From: Callorhinchus milii
Lineage: Eukaryota
Assembly (NCBI RefSeq): GCF_018977255.1
Contig: NW_024704742.1
Location: forward strand, 130,760,001-130,824,000
Direction: 5' to 3'
DNA length: 64,000 nucleotides
Below are positions 61,416 to 64,000 of this stretch, piece by piece (position 1 is the stretch's first letter; the number at the start of each line of letters is the position of its first letter). A program made the translations under genes and the position numbers. Below the pieces are notes generated by a model. The model worked only from the letters and a program-made list of their open reading frames with translations, made no database searches and was not told the origin of the DNA.

Positions 61416-64000
61416 AATGCCCTTCATGCAGGGCAGCATCTCTAAGCGCTTATTCCCCAGGAATTCGTCATGAAAGATAAAAAGGAGTCAAACATTACCA
61501 GGAGAGAGGTGAAGGATGAAAAATGGCAAAATAAATTGGTGTACGATAAAAAAAATTATGCGCATCAATTTTTAAAACTTTGTAGAGAAACAACTACTAT
61601 AGTGCGTTTTATACACACTATTGGTTCTAGTGCTGCCCTCGTGTGTTCATGTTATGTATACACAACATTCACAGAAATAGTGTAACAAATTTGGAAGTTT
61701 TTATTGTAATTATTGTGGGATTGATTTTCCATAGTTCCTGTTTTGTGTGAAATCTGTGCGCCTTTGTGGGATGAGTCAGTCTAGACTGCCACTTTAATTC
61801 AGTGCTGGGGATGTGCCTCATTGTCGGAGGTGCCGGTCTTTGGATGAGACTTTAAACCGATGTTGTGTCTGCCTGTTCAAGTGAATCTTAAAGATCCCAC
61901 AGCACTATTCGAAAGACAAATGGAGTTTCTGATATCCCGAGGTCCTGGTCAATAATCCCATTCACTTTATGGCTATTCGAGACATTGCTCAAATTGGTTG
62001 CCGGGTTCTCCTACAAATATACTCACTCCACTTTGCAGTATATCCCGTTGTGTAAAGACTCTTTTACCAAATGTAAGGATCATCATTACAGTATGTATGT
62101 TTTGTTCAAATGCCAGTCATCATCAAAAGGTATGACCGAGGACAGCGACACCTGGTGGCACAGATTAGCATATAGTAGACGACCATTCAGCCCGTTAGTT
62201 ACTGTTCAGTGTTTTGGACCTTCAACAAGCCATTCACCCTTATCCCATTTTCCCACTGTATTTGCTATAACTTTTAACGCCTTTGCTCTGCATGCGCTTA
62301 TAGAATTTTCTTTTTATTGCCCCAAGCGACCCTGCTCTAACAGCTATGCCTGGCAAATCATTCCATACTCTGAAAAACCTTTGGGAGAAATTCTTCTGAG
62401 CCTCTCCTTTTACTCTCCCAGTGACAATCTGTGTAACAAGAGAAAATTTATAATAATTATTGGAACCATCCTATACTAGTACTTTCTGGCAGAGGGCTGT
62501 AAAGATATTCAAAGCTTTAAGACAATTTACATACTCAGCAGCAGATACTTCTCAGTTGAAGAAACAGATGCTGTTTTTCCTGGTGTCTTGGCGACAATCC
62601 CCAAAATAATATTGTTCATTCACTTCATGGCTGTTTGTGGACATTGATGTTCATTTGTCCACAAATATAGTGACTACACTTTTCAGTAACTTCCTGTGAC
62701 GTGTTTTGAGATGCCCTCCCACCGTGAAAGGAGCTATACCAAATTATTATCATCACTTGCCGCTTGCTAAAATAGCAATACTTCATTACGTTTTAACAAC
62801 GGGATATTCACCTGGAGGTGTCCACCATTGTTGAAGATACACAGCCTTTTCTACTTTATTCATCAGCTCAGGTAAATTAGGAACTTCAACAATAATAAAT
62901 TGGTCATTTTCAATCCATCACTGTTTGTGGACACTGCTGTGCCCAATTGGCTGCCGCGTTCGCCCACAAATATACAGTCAATTCACTTTACAGTATATTC
63001 TGTGAAGCGCTTTGGGACGTCTAGAACACGTGAAAAGCGCTATATCAAATGCAAGGATTATTATTATTATTAATGTGTGCATATCAGCATTGCTTCATGT
63101 GGCACGTAACACTAATGACCACTTGGCTACTCGTATAACTGAATATACTTCTGAAACTGTTGCTTATTTTTTCTCCTCATTGGTGTTTCACCTAAAAACT
63201 TTTAACAAGACTAGGTTTAATAATAATAATGCTTGAACTAACATAGTCTCTTTCGCATTGAGAGGCTGTATGAAAGTGCTTGTGGGATTTTCAAACATGA
63301 AATTTGATTTATTTTACCTAGTTTATGTGTGTATGTTATTTCAAATTTATACTCTTAAATGAAATTATAATAGTTTAAAAAATTGTTTACTGTGCCTGCA
63401 GGTGACATTCCAGGTATGTAAATACATAGTTCCCATGGCTACTGATAAACAATGAGTAAAGACACAATGTCAGGTAATTCAAAATGCCCCGAATATTAAT
63501 CACAACTTCAATTTTATTCACTTTGAGCTCTGCATAGATGTGCACATAGTGCCTGCATAGGAAGTAATCATCAACTAAAAGTCTCATGTAAACATAACAG
63601 CTAGTGTATGAGCTTTTAGCCCCGACTTCTGAGACAGTCAGTTTAACTGTATTAAGTGACATTGCTGTGTTTCGGTAAATATACTCACGTGCCTGGAACT
63701 CACAATCATGGATGAGTAAGAATTTTCTTTTGAACAATATTTGGAAGTCTTCCATTCTTGGAAGTGGAAGTGATAAAACATATGGAAGTGATAAAACATA
63801 TGGCTTAATTGTTCAATGTGTGTCTCGTATGCATCATGTGTAAAATGTGTGTATAGAGGGAGTTAGTTATCAATTATATAATTGAGAGTCTCTAATGAAA
63901 AAGACTAATTAATTACATTCATTGTAATTACACAGAACCTTTAATTCCTCTCTGTAATTATCTGAGTGCCTCCAAGCACATCAAGAACAAGGCCAGGTTG

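Overview
Eukaryotic (vertebrate) genomic DNA, most likely a cartilaginous fish. This is inferred from the repeat content: tRNA-Ala/L2-tailed SINEs, Deu-domain SINEs, L2 and CR1 LINEs and a shark-type Penelope end. The window holds coding exon 1 of UBE2R2 on the minus strand (4850-5026; the rest of the gene lies left of the window). Divergently from it lie two complete tandem six-exon aquaglyceroporin-3 genes on the plus strand (13953-23665 and 27417-35533). Both have identical exon sizes (108/127/138/119/218/175 nt) and encode 294 aa, about 63% identical by hand count. The downstream copy is a canonical AQP3. The upstream copy is intact but has non-conservative changes at and around the ar/R filter and at known pH/metal-sensing residues, which is the most interesting signal here. 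The region 36-64 kb is repeat-rich with no recognisable gene. Other notable structure: a 1-kb (CT)n-containing minisatellite 5' of UBE2R2, a CTCF-like site, a minimal hammerhead ribozyme core, conserved footprints between the paralogous promoters, an intronic ~155-bp inverted repeat and several local templated duplications. Exon coordinates were read base by base; repeat boundaries are approximate, and only representative repeat copies are listed.
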